DNA of 52,330 nt. Source: Candidatus Nanopelagicales bacterium. Its GTDB lineage: Bacteria > Actinomycetota > Actinomycetes > S36-B12. The notes beneath the pieces are model-generated. The model saw only the letters and a list, made by a program, of their open reading frames with translations, had not been told where the DNA came from and made no database searches. A program made the translations under genes and the position numbers. The DNA lies in the NCBI GenBank assembly GCA_049431945.1, contig JBMTDJ010000006.1, positions 1 through 52,330 on the forward strand. Direction: 5' to 3'. Below, in pieces: positions 23,266 through 33,510 of this stretch (the first letter of the stretch is position 1; each line of letters opens with the position of its first letter).

Positions 23266-24554
23266 GTGCCTGCCTCGCCTTCGACCCGCATGACACCGAG
23301 GATCGCCTTGACGACGTCGAGGCTGCGCAACTGCTCGATCGTGCGTCGCAGGTCGCCATCCGTGGCGACGTGAGTCCGCACGACGAGGCCCGCATCATCA
23401 CCGTGGCCCTCCTGGCGCACGACCTGGATGCTCACGTCGTTGTCCGAGAACGTCCGCGCGACGGTGGCCAGCACGCCAGGACGATCCGCGACATCGAGAT
23501 TGACGTAGTAGCGGGTGCGGGCCTGCTCCACTCCCCTCACCTCGAGGCCGGCGTACGTCGATTCGCCGGGGCCCCTGCCGCCTGCTCGCAGATTGCGGGC
23601 CACCGCGACGACGTCGCCGAGGACCGCGCTCGCGGTAGGCGCCCCGCCAGCCCCGCGACCATAGAACATCATCTCCCCGGCGTTCTCCGCCTCGATGAAC
23701 ACGGCGTTGAAGGCGTCGCGCACCGCCGCGAGCGGGTGGTCCCGAGGCACCATCGTGGGGTGCACGCGAACGATGACGCCGCCTCCATCCTCCGTGCGCT
23801 CGGCCACGGCCAGCAGCTTGATGACGAAGCCCATCTCCCGCGCCGCGGCGACGTCGGCAGCCGACACCTCGGTGATGCCCTCGCAGTGAACATCGTCGAA
23901 GGTCACCCGGGTGTGGAAGGCGAGTTCGGCGAGGATGGCGGCCTTGGCCGCGGCATCGAGGCCACCCACGTCCGCGGTGGGATCAGCCTCGGCGTAGCCC
24001 AGGGCCTGCGCCTCGGCAAGGACATCTCCATAATCGGCACCCTCGTCGTCCATCTTGCTGAGGATGAAGTTGGTCGTGCCGTTGACGATGCCGAGCACCT
24101 TGGTGACGCGATCCCCGGCCAGGGATTCGCGCAGAGGCCGCAGGAGCGGAATGGCACCAGCCACGGAGGCTTCGAAGTACAAATCGACGCCGTGCTCAGC
24201 GGCGGCGCGGTAGAGCGTCCCGCCGTCCGCAGCGAGCAGGGCCTTGTTTGCCGTGACGACCGAAGAGCCCTGGGCCATCGCCTCGAGGATGAGCGTCCGC
24301 GCCGGCTCGATGCCGCCCATCACCTCCACCACGATGTCGCTGCCGCGCGCGACCAGCGCGGAGGGGTCGTCGGTGATCAGGTCGGCGGGGATCCCGTCGC
24401 GAACCTTCGACGCATCCCGTACGGCGACGCCCACGAGTTCCAGAGGCGCACCCACGCGCGCGGCGAGGTCGTCGGACTGCTCCTGGATGAGCCGGGCGAC
24501 CTGAGCGCCGACGGTGCCCCCGCCCAGGAGCGCGACGGTGATGGGGGCGGACAT
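23262..24554 (-). CDS. hom: Homoserine dehydrogenase with C-terminal ACT domain
   Basis: [40 protein letters not shown]. Confidence 0.96.
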   Translation of the reverse strand: MSAPITVALLGGGTVGAQVARLIQEQSDDLAARVGAPLELVGVAVRDASKVRDGIPADLITDDPSALVARGSDIVVEVMGGIEPARTLILEAMAQGSSVVTANKALLAADGGTLYRAAAEHGVDLYFEASVAGAIPLLRPLRESLAGDRVTKVLGIVNGTTNFILSKMDDEGADYGDVLAEAQALGYAEADPTADVGGLDAAAKAAILAELAFHTRVTFDDVHCEGITEVSAADVAAAREMGFVIKLLAVAERTEDGGGVIVRVHPTMVPRDHPLAAVRDAFNAVFIEAENAGEMMFYGRGAGGAPTASAVLGDVVAVARNLRAGGRGPGESTYAGLEVRGVEQARTRYYVNLDVADRPGVLATVARTFSDNDVSIQVVRQEGHGDDAGLVVRTHVATDGDLRRTIEQLRSLDVVKAILGVMRVEGEAGT

Positions 24555-24617
24555 GGCCAACTCCTCGGGTCAGTCGACGGGGATGAGCGGACCTAGCCTC
24601 TCAGATGGGCCGCTCGA

Positions 24618-26027
24618 TCAGGAGTCCGCGCCCGGGTCCAGGGCGAGCAGATCCCGCTCGCTCTCGCGGCGGAGCACCACCGTGGCGGCTCCGTCCCGGA
24701 CAGACACGACCGCCGGGCGGGGCAGGTAGTTGTACTGCGAGGCCATCGAGCGGCAGTAGGCCCCGGTCGCGGCCACCGCGAGGAGATCTCCCGGAGCGAG
24801 ATCGGCGGGCAGCCAGGCGTCTCGCACGATGACGTCGCCGCTCTCGCAGTGCTTGCCCACGACACGGCACAGCACCGGCTCGGAATCCGAGACGCGGGAT
24901 GCGAGGACCACGGTGTAGTCGGCGTCATAGAGCGCTGTGCGGATGTTGTCACTCATACCGCCGTCCACCGAGACGTAGACGCGCTCATGGCCGTGGTCGA
25001 GCCTGACGGGCTTGACGGTGCCTACCTCGTAGACGGTGATACCCGCGGGGCCTACGATCGCCCGTCCGGGTTCGAAGGCCAGGCGCGGCATGGGCACCTT
25101 GGCGCGGGCACATGCGTCGACGACGATCGCCTGGATCGCCTTGGCCATGGATTCGACGTCGAGCGGATCGTCGTCGGAGACGTAGGCGATGCCCATGCCT
25201 CCGCCGAGATTGAGTTCGTCGACAGCGACCCCCTCGGCCTGCAACTCCACCATGAGGCCCGTCAGGCGCGATGCCGCGACCTCGAAGCCGGCGGGGTCGA
25301 AGATCTGCGACCCGATGTGCGAGTGCAGGCCGCGGAAGTCCAGGTGGGCGTCGGCCACGACGACCTCGACAGCCTCGCGCGCGTCGCCTGCCGCCAGGGA
25401 GAGCCCGAACTTCTGGTCCTCGTGGGCGGTGGCGATGAACTCGTGAGTGTGGGCCTCGACGCCCACGGTGACGCGCACGAGGACTCCGGCCCGCACATCG
25501 AGCTCACGCGCCACCTGCGCGATCCGCTCGATCTCGATCAGGGAGTCGACGACGATGCGCCCTACACCCGATTCGAGGGCGCGCCTGATCTCGGCAGCCG
25601 ACTTGTTGTTGCCGTGCAGGAGCAGTCGCTCGCCGGGCACCCCCGCCGCGAGCGCGACGGCGAGCTCCCCACCAGAGGCGACGTCGATCCCCAGGCCCTC
25701 CTGCACGGCCCATCGGGCAACGGCGGTGGCGAGGAAGGCCTTGGCGGCGTAGTAGACATCCGAGCCTGATGGGTCGTACGCCGCACGGAAGGCGGCAGCG
25801 CGATTCCGGAAGTCGGCCTCGTCGAGGACGTAGAGCGGCGTGCCGAACCTGGCTGCGAGTCCGCGCACGTCGGCTCCGCCGACGACGAGAGCGCCACCCT
25901 CTCCGCGATGAGCGTCAGCCGGCCACACCGCCGGATCGATAGAACCCGGATCACCCGACGGCGGCAGGGGCGCAGCACTCGAGGCCATGACCTCGCCGTG
26001 CCGCGGACCGGCGGGATGTGCGCGCAT
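24618..26027 (-). CDS. lysA: Diaminopimelate decarboxylase
   Basis: YAAKAF, HGNNKS, HSHIGSQ, EPGR, GKHCESGD, TGAY. Confidence 0.97.
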   Translation of the reverse strand: MRAHPAGPRHGEVMASSAAPLPPSGDPGSIDPAVWPADAHRGEGGALVVGGADVRGLAARFGTPLYVLDEADFRNRAAAFRAAYDPSGSDVYYAAKAFLATAVARWAVQEGLGIDVASGGELAVALAAGVPGERLLLHGNNKSAAEIRRALESGVGRIVVDSLIEIERIAQVARELDVRAGVLVRVTVGVEAHTHEFIATAHEDQKFGLSLAAGDAREAVEVVVADAHLDFRGLHSHIGSQIFDPAGFEVAASRLTGLMVELQAEGVAVDELNLGGGMGIAYVSDDDPLDVESMAKAIQAIVVDACARAKVPMPRLAFEPGRAIVGPAGITVYEVGTVKPVRLDHGHERVYVSVDGGMSDNIRTALYDADYTVVLASRVSDSEPVLCRVVGKHCESGDVIVRDAWLPADLAPGDLLAVAATGAYCRSMASQYNYLPRPAVVSVRDGAATVVLRRESERDLLALDPGADS

Positions 26028-26133
26028 GCGGTCAGCGTAACGGTCCCTGACCGGTCAGCAGGTACGCGCGGGACTGAGGTCCCTATGCGGAGCGAACCCA
26101 TGCGCTCACCATGGAATCAAAGGAGGTACTCCC

Positions 26134-27144
26134 ATGACATCGACCCAGGCAAGGACTCACGAGCAGGTCCAGGCAGTCTCCCCGCATCACTGGCGGCAGG
26201 GTCCACTGCCGGAGATCATCGGGTACGTCGGCGCAGCGCTTGTCGTGAGCGCGGGCCTCAATCTCATTGGGCAAACATGGGACTCTTGGCCGAAGGCCAT
26301 TCAGTTGGCTGTCGTTGTTACCGGCGCCGTCGCCCTCTACGTTGCCTCGGCAGTCGTCACAGCCACGGTCGGCGGGTTCGCTGCCCTACGCGATCACGTG
26401 ATCCGTCGACGGCTCGTGGGGGTCTTGCTCGCCGTTGCGGCTCCGCTCATCGCTGCCAGCATCGCCGTTGGCCTCGATTGGGCTGGGATCTCGCTCGAGG
26501 GCGAAGGCAACTACTGGCCCTTGGTAATGATCTCCGGTGCCGTCGTAGGCACTCTCGTCGCAGCGTGGTGGGCGCCCGGAGTTGTGCCGACGCTGGCCGT
26601 GGCCATCTCAAGTTTCATCTGGCTTCAGATCTTCATCGGCACGACGCTGGGACCGCTTGAGCAGCCTGTCGTCATCGCCGCCGTGAGTGCGGTCGCGACG
26701 GTCGGCTGGCTCATCATCGCGCCCAGGCTCCTGCCCCCGCGCATCCTCACCGAAGCGCTGGGTGTCGCTGGCTTCATCATCCTCCAGGTGGAGCACGCCT
26801 TCATGGCCCTGGACTTCCCGCCCTTCCTGGACGAACTCGCGGAGCAGCGGTTGACGTGGGCCATGTGGTTCTCTCGGATCGCCCTGCTGGTCTTCGCGAC
26901 CGTCGCACTCATCCTCTTCGCTCGGGGCGCCTCGTGGGTGTGGGCGGCCGGAGGTGTGGTCGCGGCGGGCGCAGGCGCCCTGTCGATCGCCGGTCAGACC
27001 TTCGGGCTGATCGCCGGGCTCTTCGTGGCGGGCATCATCCTGCTGGCAGTGAGCGGCGTGCTCCTCGTCGCCCGGGGGCGTCGAGGCTCGACCCACGCGC
27101 CCCAGGAGGCTGAGCCCGAGGCTACATCCGCTCCGGCGCCGTGA
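26134..27144 (+). CDS. Multi-pass membrane protein (DUF2157-like N-terminus)
   Basis: About 10 hydrophobic segments; EIIGYVGAALVVSAG motif; strong AAGGAGG SD. Confidence 0.7.
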   Translation: MTSTQARTHEQVQAVSPHHWRQGPLPEIIGYVGAALVVSAGLNLIGQTWDSWPKAIQLAVVVTGAVALYVASAVVTATVGGFAALRDHVIRRRLVGVLLAVAAPLIAASIAVGLDWAGISLEGEGNYWPLVMISGAVVGTLVAAWWAPGVVPTLAVAISSFIWLQIFIGTTLGPLEQPVVIAAVSAVATVGWLIIAPRLLPPRILTEALGVAGFIILQVEHAFMALDFPPFLDELAEQRLTWAMWFSRIALLVFATVALILFARGASWVWAAGGVVAAGAGALSIAGQTFGLIAGLFVAGIILLAVSGVLLVARGRRGSTHAPQEAEPEATSAPAP

Positions 27145-28780
27145 CCCCGCACAGCGCGAGACCGTTGGCCAGCACCTGACGCGTAGCCGCGCACAGCCAC
27201 AGCCGAGCGATGTGGATGCCCTCCACGGGCTCATCGCCACGCGGCAGGACGCGGCAGACGTCGTAGAAGCGGTGATAGGCCGTGGCCAGCGACTCCAGGT
27301 AGCGCGGGATCCGGTGCGGCTCGCGGAGTTCGGCCGCCGACGCGACGATCGCGGGGAACTCGGCGAGCGCACGCAGGAGATCGCCCTCGCGCTCGTCGGC
27401 CAGCAGAGCGGGATCGAAGGGAGCCTCACGCCAGTCGATGCCGAGATCAGCCGCATTGCGCAGGACCGAACTGACTCGGGCATGGGCGTACTGCACGTAG
27501 TAGACAGGATTGTCGTTGGTGCGCTGGATGATGACGTCCAGATCCAACGTCAAGGGTGAGTCGACCGGGTAGCGGATGAGCGAGTAGCGGGCAGCATCGA
27601 CACCGACCTCTTCGATGAGCTCCTCCAGCGTGATCAAGGTGCCGGCTCGCTTGGAGAGCTTGATCTCCTGACCGTCGCGCATCATCTTGACGAGCTGGCC
27701 GATGAGCACCTCGACGCTCGAGTCCATGTCGTCGCCGGCGCAGGCAGCCACCGCTCGCAGCCGGTTCACGTAGCCGTGGTGGTCGGCGCCGAGGAGATAG
27801 ATGGCGGTGTCGAAGCCACGCGTGCGCTTATCGACGTAGTAGGCGGTATCCGAGGCGAAGTAGGTGAGTTCCCCGTCGGCCTTGACAAGGACACGATCCT
27901 TGTCGTCGCCGAAGTCCGTGGTGCGCAACCAGGTGGCGCCGTCCTCGTCGAAGACATGGCCCTGCTCGCGCAGCCGGGCCATGCCCCGCTCGACCGCACC
28001 GGAGTCATGCAGTGAGCGCTCGGAATACCAGACGTCGAAGTGCGTGCGGAAGAGCTCGAGCACCTGCTGCTGCTGCTCGAGCTGCAGGGCGTAGGCGGCC
28101 TCGCGGAAGGCGACGAGTTGCTCGTCGTCGGGCAGCGTGAGGAAGTCGGGATGCTCAGCGACGATACGCGCCGCCAGGTCGGCGATGTAGGCGCCGTGAT
28201 AGCCGTCCTCCGGCACCGGTCGGCCGTGAGCAACTGCCATGACGGAGGCACCGAAGCGGTCCATCTGCACACCACGGTCGTTGATGTAGAACTCCGTCGC
28301 GACGTCCGCTCCGGCCGCAGCGAGCACGCGCGCGATCGCATCGCCGACCGCTGCCCACCGCGTGTGCCCAAGATGGATCGGACCGGTCGGATTCGCGGAG
28401 ATGAACTCGACGTTGAATCGGCGGCCCACCAGCAGGTCGACGTTCCCGTACCCATCCCCTGCCTCGACGACGGCACGCGCGACGGCGCCCTGGGCGTCCG
28501 TCGCCAAGCGGATATTGATGAAGCCTGGGCCTGCCACTTCGGTCTGCGCAACCCCGCTGACCTGAGCCAGGCGCGCGGCCACGAGATCGGCGATCTCCCG
28601 AGGCGGGCGGCCGGCAGTCTTGGCCAGGGTCAGTGCGACAGGGGTCGCATAGTCGCCGTGCTCCTTGCTCCTGGGCCGCTCGATGACCACGTCGTCAGGC
28701 GGCTGGCCCGCCAGGGTGCCCTCGGCCTGCAGGGCCACGATGCACTCCTGCACCGCGGTGGCAAGGTCCTCGGGAGTCAT
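27122..28780 (-). CDS. argS: Arginine--tRNA ligase
   Basis: SANPTGPIHLGH, DDKDRVL, GADHHGY, LSKRAG, YVQYAHAR, C-terminal PERM. Confidence 0.98.
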   Translation of the reverse strand: MTPEDLATAVQECIVALQAEGTLAGQPPDDVVIERPRSKEHGDYATPVALTLAKTAGRPPREIADLVAARLAQVSGVAQTEVAGPGFINIRLATDAQGAVARAVVEAGDGYGNVDLLVGRRFNVEFISANPTGPIHLGHTRWAAVGDAIARVLAAAGADVATEFYINDRGVQMDRFGASVMAVAHGRPVPEDGYHGAYIADLAARIVAEHPDFLTLPDDEQLVAFREAAYALQLEQQQQVLELFRTHFDVWYSERSLHDSGAVERGMARLREQGHVFDEDGATWLRTTDFGDDKDRVLVKADGELTYFASDTAYYVDKRTRGFDTAIYLLGADHHGYVNRLRAVAACAGDDMDSSVEVLIGQLVKMMRDGQEIKLSKRAGTLITLEELIEEVGVDAARYSLIRYPVDSPLTLDLDVIIQRTNDNPVYYVQYAHARVSSVLRNAADLGIDWREAPFDPALLADEREGDLLRALAEFPAIVASAAELREPHRIPRYLESLATAYHRFYDVCRVLPRGDEPVEGIHIARLWLCAATRQVLANGLALCGVTAPERM

Positions 28781-29047
28781 GGGCGGAGCGTAATCGTCCA
28801 GCCTTCGGGCACTGCCCGGTGGATATCGCTACGAGCCTCACCGGCCGCGTGCTACGGTCACGGTGGCTGTGCTGCACATGAACCACCGTTCGTGGGTGTC
28901 GGCGTCGGTGGGTGACCATCGGCCACGATGCTCAGTTCCGAGGGGCTACCTGAGGGCGGGACGTCGGCTCGCATTATCAGCCCGCCGGGCGAGGTGCCCG
29001 GCGACCACGTATCCGCATTTGGGATCTAGCAGTAGGAGTTACCCCGC

Positions 29048-29251
29048 ATGGCACAGGGAACTGTCAAATGGTTCAACGCCGAGAAGGGCTTCGGCTTCAT
29101 CGCTCAGGCTGACGGGGGTGCCGACGTTTTCGTGCACTTCACCGCCATCCAGGCCGACGGCTACCGCAGCCTCGACGAGAACCAGACGGTCGAGTTCGAC
29201 ATCGTCCAGGGCCCCAAGGGCCCCCAGGCCGACAACGTTCGCATCATCTGA
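29048..29251 (+). CDS. Cold-shock protein (CspA family)
   Basis: [31 protein letters not shown]; AGGAG SD; long 5' leader after TACGGT at ~28853. Confidence 0.97.
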   Translation: MAQGTVKWFNAEKGFGFIAQADGGADVFVHFTAIQADGYRSLDENQTVEFDIVQGPKGPQADNVRII

Positions 29252-29265
29252 CGCACACCGTCATC

Positions 29266-29303
29266 GCGTGAGGCCCGTCCCCTCGGGGGGACGGGCCTCA
29301 CGC
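29266..29303 (+). terminator. Perfect 17-bp hairpin after the csp gene
   Basis: gcgtgaggcccgtcccc-tcgg-ggggacgggcctcacgc; no U-tract, which is common in actinobacteria. Confidence 0.75.
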
Positions 29304-29374
29304 ATGTGCACAAGGGTGCAGCGATCGCCACGTCCCGGCTGGACGCAGCAGCCCGGCCGGGTGAGGATGGATAC

Positions 29375-29677
29375 ATGAGCGACGACATCGAGAAGCTGCT
29401 TGCCGAGGTCTCCCAGTCAACCCAACCCACAGCGAAGCCTTCGAAGGCACCCGCCAAGAAGGGGAAGGGCGAGGTAGCCAAGCAGGGGTCGGACAAGCCC
29501 GGCGGACGATTCGCCTTCGCCGTCATTACTGCCGTCGTCTTCGGCGCGATCGCCTTCATCGTCGGCTGGCTCTTCACGCCCTTCGTGCTCACCGGAACGT
29601 CCATGGGCGTGGGAGCCGCGCTCGGCTCGTTTGCCACTGCGCTGCTGGCAGGGCCGCCGCGCTGGTTCTCGTCGTAG
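29375..29677 (+). CDS. Small two-TM hypothetical protein
   Basis: MSDDIEKLLAEV, Lys/Pro linker, two hydrophobic helices; coding-like codon usage. Confidence 0.7.
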   Translation: MSDDIEKLLAEVSQSTQPTAKPSKAPAKKGKGEVAKQGSDKPGGRFAFAVITAVVFGAIAFIVGWLFTPFVLTGTSMGVGAALGSFATALLAGPPRWFSS

Positions 29678-29705
29678 CCGCGACTGTTACCCTCGGACCT
29701 CCCCA

Positions 29706-29778
29706 GCCCCCGTAGCTCAGGGGATAGAGCGCCGGTTTCCGGTACCGAAGGTCGCAGGTTCGAATCCTGCCGGGGGCG
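29706..29778 (+). tRNA. tRNA-Arg (anticodon CCG); CCA not encoded
   Basis: gcccccg/cgggggc acceptor stem, gctc/gagc D arm, anticodon loop ttCCGgt (29739-29741), gcagg-ttcgaat-cctgc T arm. Confidence 0.96.
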
Positions 29779-29811
29779 CAACTGCGCAGTCCCAAGCCCT
29801 AGGCTCCGCCC

Positions 29812-31122
29812 GTGGACAAGCCTCCCTTGACCGACCGCGAGCTCAGGCGCAACCGCCTCTTCACCACGAGCGGCGTGGTGATCGAGTGGTACGACTTCAT
29901 GGTCTACGGCCTCCTGGCCACGACGCTGCAGCAGGTCTTCTACCCCACTGACAACGCGACGGTCGGCCTCATCCTCACGTTCGCGACATTCGCGGTGGGC
30001 TACATCGCTCGCCCCATCGGTGGCCTGGTCATCGGGCGTCTCGGCGACACCCGGGGACGCCGATTCGCACTCGTGCTCTCGACCACCCTCATGCTCATCC
30101 CGCTCGCCATCACCACGATCCTGCCTACGTACGACCAGATCGGGATCCTCGCCCCGATTCTCCTCACCCTGATGCGCCTCATGCAGGGCTTCTCCGTAGG
30201 CGGCGAGTACTCGGGCGCACTTACCGCGCTGAGCGAGTCGGCCGGACAGTCAGGGCGAGGACGCAGCGTCTCGCTCGGGCTCGCGACCGCCATGGGCGGC
30301 AACCTGCTCGCGTCCCTCGTCGTCTTCGTCACCACCGTCATCTGGGGCCAGGAGGCGCTGGTCGAGGGGACCTGGCGCGTGCCCTACGCCATCGGCTTCG
30401 TGCTCGCGGTCGTCGCGGTGCTCATGCTCCGCAAGATGCGCGAGACGGCGTCGTTCGAGCAGGCGGTCGAGGCTGGCGACACCGGCACGCCGGTGGGCTA
30501 CCTGATGCGCATTTACCCCGGCGCGACCTTCCTCATGCTCGCCCTCGCCACATGGAGCGGAGTCACTGTCTACACGCTCATCTCGTGGATGCCGTCGTAC
30601 CTCGAGACCGTCGTCGGCATCAGCGATGCTCGCGCTGACCTCGTCTCAGCACTGATCTCGGCCATCTACATCGTGCTCATCGTGCCCGTGGCGATCCTGG
30701 GCGATCGACGAGGCCGACGCCCACTCATGATCGCGTCCGTCATCGCGTACGCCGTCCTCGCGATCCCGTCAATCCTGCTTCTCAACTCCGGTGTCGTCGC
30801 GGGCGTACTGCTGTCGATCCTCATCCTCGCCACCCTTCAGACGTTCGTGGACTCGACCACCACGACCGAGATGACCCAGCTGGTGCCGACCAAGGTCCGC
30901 TACACCGGCCTGGCACTGACCTACAGCATCGGCATGATCATCGGCAGCTTCACGCCGGCCATCGAGGAGGCCCTCCTCGGCTCCACCGACAGCATCCTGG
31001 TGCCGGCATTTGTGCTCATCGGCATCTCGCTGCTGCTCATCCCCGTGATCGTGGTCTTCCCCCGATACGTGCGTCGCGCGCAAGCCGAAGACGTCGTTGG
31101 AGCCGAGGCCGACGCCCGTTAA
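29812..31122 (+). CDS. MFS transporter, metabolite:H+ symporter (ProP/ShiA-like) family
   Basis: IEWYDFMVYG, RPIGG..GRLGDTRGRR, RLMQGFSVGGEY. Confidence 0.92.
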   Translation: MDKPPLTDRELRRNRLFTTSGVVIEWYDFMVYGLLATTLQQVFYPTDNATVGLILTFATFAVGYIARPIGGLVIGRLGDTRGRRFALVLSTTLMLIPLAITTILPTYDQIGILAPILLTLMRLMQGFSVGGEYSGALTALSESAGQSGRGRSVSLGLATAMGGNLLASLVVFVTTVIWGQEALVEGTWRVPYAIGFVLAVVAVLMLRKMRETASFEQAVEAGDTGTPVGYLMRIYPGATFLMLALATWSGVTVYTLISWMPSYLETVVGISDARADLVSALISAIYIVLIVPVAILGDRRGRRPLMIASVIAYAVLAIPSILLLNSGVVAGVLLSILILATLQTFVDSTTTTEMTQLVPTKVRYTGLALTYSIGMIIGSFTPAIEEALLGSTDSILVPAFVLIGISLLLIPVIVVFPRYVRRAQAEDVVGAEADAR

Positions 31123-31222
31123 GGGCCGCCGCAGCCCACGACACCTGACCGAAGGCCGGACAGGGCGGCCGCAGAAGCAATACCGTCGGCCTCACGAACC
31201 CCCGCCGAAAGGAAGGCTCGCC

Positions 31223-32188
31223 ATGTCGGCCCAGCGTGACCGCCTCGACCCCGCTTCGCGGGAGCCCCTCGAGCAACTCCTTGCCGCCGTGCCCGGAGGC
31301 TTCAACGCCATCCCCGACATCGTCGAACGACGGGCTTTCGTCCGGCAACTGCTGCAGACCATGACGGCCGACATCCCGCCCAACGACCAGGTGGTCACCG
31401 AAGAGCGCACCATCCCCGGGGCACCGGGTGAACCCGACGTTGCCGTTCGCATCTACACGCCCGCGCAGGCCACCGGGACACTCCTTCCGGGGATCCTCTA
31501 CATCCACGGTGGAGGGATGATCATCGGCGACCTCGACGGGGAGCACCTGCGTGCCGAGATGCTCTGCCAACTCACCAACACCGTGGTCGTGTCGACGGAC
31601 TACCGCAAGGCGCCGGAGCACCCCCATCCCGCGCAGGTCAACGACTGCTACGCCGCGCTCACCTGGATGGCGGCCCACGTCGGAGAGCTCGACATCGACC
31701 CCGCACGCATGGCCGTCTACGGCGGCAGCGCCGGCGGCAATCTCGCCATCGCCACCACGATGATGGCGCGCGACAAGGGCGGGCCCGCCATCTCCTTCCT
31801 CATGGCGCCGTACCCCATGCTCGACGACCGCAACGAGACCGCCTCAAGCCAGGAGGTGACCGAGGTCGGCATCTGGGACCGCGCCGGCAACATCGAGGCC
31901 TGGGACTGGTTCCTCGGTGGGCAGCCAGCCGACGACTACGCCGCCCCGGCGCGCGCAACGGATCTCTCCGGACTGCCGCCGACATTCATCGACGTGGGCG
32001 AGATGGATCTCTTCCGCGATGAGGACATCGCCTTCGTCTCCCGCCTCCTGCAGGCGGGTGTGCCGACTGAGTTCCATATCTACCCCGGGGCCTATCACGC
32101 GTCGGAGGTCTTCGCGCCCGAGGCCCCACTCAGCCAACGGATCTGGGCGGCCCGTTTCTCGGCGCTGACGCGCGCTCTGCATCCGTGA
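31223..32188 (+). CDS. HSL-family esterase (alpha/beta hydrolase fold 3)
   Basis: HGGG, DYRKAPEHP, GGSAGG, DLFRDE, GAYH; ATG at 31223 after GGAAGG. Confidence 0.92.
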   Translation: MSAQRDRLDPASREPLEQLLAAVPGGFNAIPDIVERRAFVRQLLQTMTADIPPNDQVVTEERTIPGAPGEPDVAVRIYTPAQATGTLLPGILYIHGGGMIIGDLDGEHLRAEMLCQLTNTVVVSTDYRKAPEHPHPAQVNDCYAALTWMAAHVGELDIDPARMAVYGGSAGGNLAIATTMMARDKGGPAISFLMAPYPMLDDRNETASSQEVTEVGIWDRAGNIEAWDWFLGGQPADDYAAPARATDLSGLPPTFIDVGEMDLFRDEDIAFVSRLLQAGVPTEFHIYPGAYHASEVFAPEAPLSQRIWAARFSALTRALHP

Positions 32189-32224
32189 GTACCTGCACCG
32201 CTGAACCGCACGCATGAGGCACGT

Positions 32225-32569
32225 ATGCCATTGAGAGAGCGACGGACATTCGCGCACCCGCCGGGACAGGTCCGCGAGTGCGCACTCGCGGTGCTGCGCG
32301 AACGCGGGTACGAGGTGACCCTTGTCGGTGAGTGGTCGGCATTGGCCAGTCGCGGGAGTGTGGGTCGCAACGTTCTCCTCGGCGGCTTTGCCCAGCGGAT
32401 GGAGTTGCGTCTTGACGTCTACGCAGGACCGGGCGCCGACTCGACCGTCGATTGCGGAGTGCGCGATGAAGTCTCATCGACGCTCATGGGTGGAGCCGTG
32501 GGGCTCGCAAAGACGTCGCGGGAGATCACGGGAGTGTTGGACTCCCTCGAGGCACTTCTGAACGGCTGA
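32225..32569 (+). CDS. Hypothetical protein
   Basis: 114-aa ORF filling the gap, GAGG SD; no recognised motif. Confidence 0.6.
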   Translation: MPLRERRTFAHPPGQVRECALAVLRERGYEVTLVGEWSALASRGSVGRNVLLGGFAQRMELRLDVYAGPGADSTVDCGVRDEVSSTLMGGAVGLAKTSREITGVLDSLEALLNG

Positions 32570-32613
32570 TCGCAGCCTGCCGACCCGCCTTCGGGTGAGC
32601 GTAGGGTGTCCCG

Positions 32614-33510
32614 GTGCTCGCCGCCTGGCACGTCATTACCCTCGCCGCCCTGGCAGCAACCGGCATCGCACTGTGGGTTCGCCGCACCTACGACGGTAGG
32701 GCCGCCGCGATCACGGCCAGCCTGTCGGCGGCGGCACTCGCCTGCCTGTGGCTCGCCTACGAGGTCATCCCGATCGAGCAATGGCGCAGGGAGAGCCTGC
32801 CGATCGGCTTGGCCATCTTCGCGCTGCCCGCCGCGACCGCCGTAGCGATCGCCCTCGTGCGGGCGCGGCGCGCCGCCACCAGGCCAACCCTGGCGGCCAC
32901 GGCGTACCTCACCGCCCTGTGGGCTACTCCGGCGATCCTGCTTTACGTCTCGCAGCGCAAGCCCTTTAACGGCGACCTAGCCAACCTGCTGTGGTGGGCG
33001 GGCACGTCGATCGCCATCTACATCCTCGTGCCGGTCATCTACGCGCGCACCTTCGGACAGTCGGTGCGCGGATACGGACTCTCGGTGTCGTTCGTGCGCA
33101 CCGAGGGGATCCTCATCGCCCTCATCGCCCCGGTTGCCCTCGCCATCGTGTGGCTCGCGTCCGCGGATCAGCGCTTCCTCGACACCTACCCCTTCTACAA
33201 GGGCGACGGGTGGTCCCTAGCCGCGTTCGAGGTCGCCTACGGTGCCTCGTTCGTCGCCCTGGAGTTCTTCTTCCGAGGATTCCTCGTCTTCGCAGGCCAA
33301 CCCGTGCTCGGTGTCCACGCTGTGCCGGTCATGGCGTTCACCTACTGCCTGCTGCACCTGGGCAAGCCGCTGCCCGAGGCAGCATCGAGCCTCGTCGGCG
33401 GCCTGATCCTGGGCTACCTCGCACTGAGACTGCGCTCGATCCTCGCCGGCGTCGTCGCACACCTCACCATCGCGTGGGGCATGGACTCATTCGTGCTGTC
33501 CCGCTCCTAG
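32614..33510 (+). CDS. CPBP family intramembrane glutamic endopeptidase (CAAX/Abi)
   Basis: LEFFFRG, LLHLGKP..E, GVVAH; multiple TM helices. Confidence 0.85.
   Translation: MLAAWHVITLAALAATGIALWVRRTYDGRAAAITASLSAAALACLWLAYEVIPIEQWRRESLPIGLAIFALPAATAVAIALVRARRAATRPTLAATAYLTALWATPAILLYVSQRKPFNGDLANLLWWAGTSIAIYILVPVIYARTFGQSVRGYGLSVSFVRTEGILIALIAPVALAIVWLASADQRFLDTYPFYKGDGWSLAAFEVAYGASFVALEFFFRGFLVFAGQPVLGVHAVPVMAFTYCLLHLGKPLPEAASSLVGGLILGYLALRLRSILAGVVAHLTIAWGMDSFVLSRS

Noticed and set aside
24561-26133. Lysine riboswitch or threonine attenuator upstream of lysA or hom
   Set aside because: lysA appears leaderless, and the lysA-hom spacer is only ~60 bp with no leader peptide.
29732-29748. C-A mismatch at the top of the tRNA anticodon stem as a sign of a pseudo-tRNA
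   Set aside because: All other arms are perfect and a 27-43 mismatch is tolerated in functional tRNAs.
32614-33510. CPBP/Abi protein as an abortive-infection system
   Set aside because: The family name is historical; the motifs indicate an intramembrane protease and there is no defence context.
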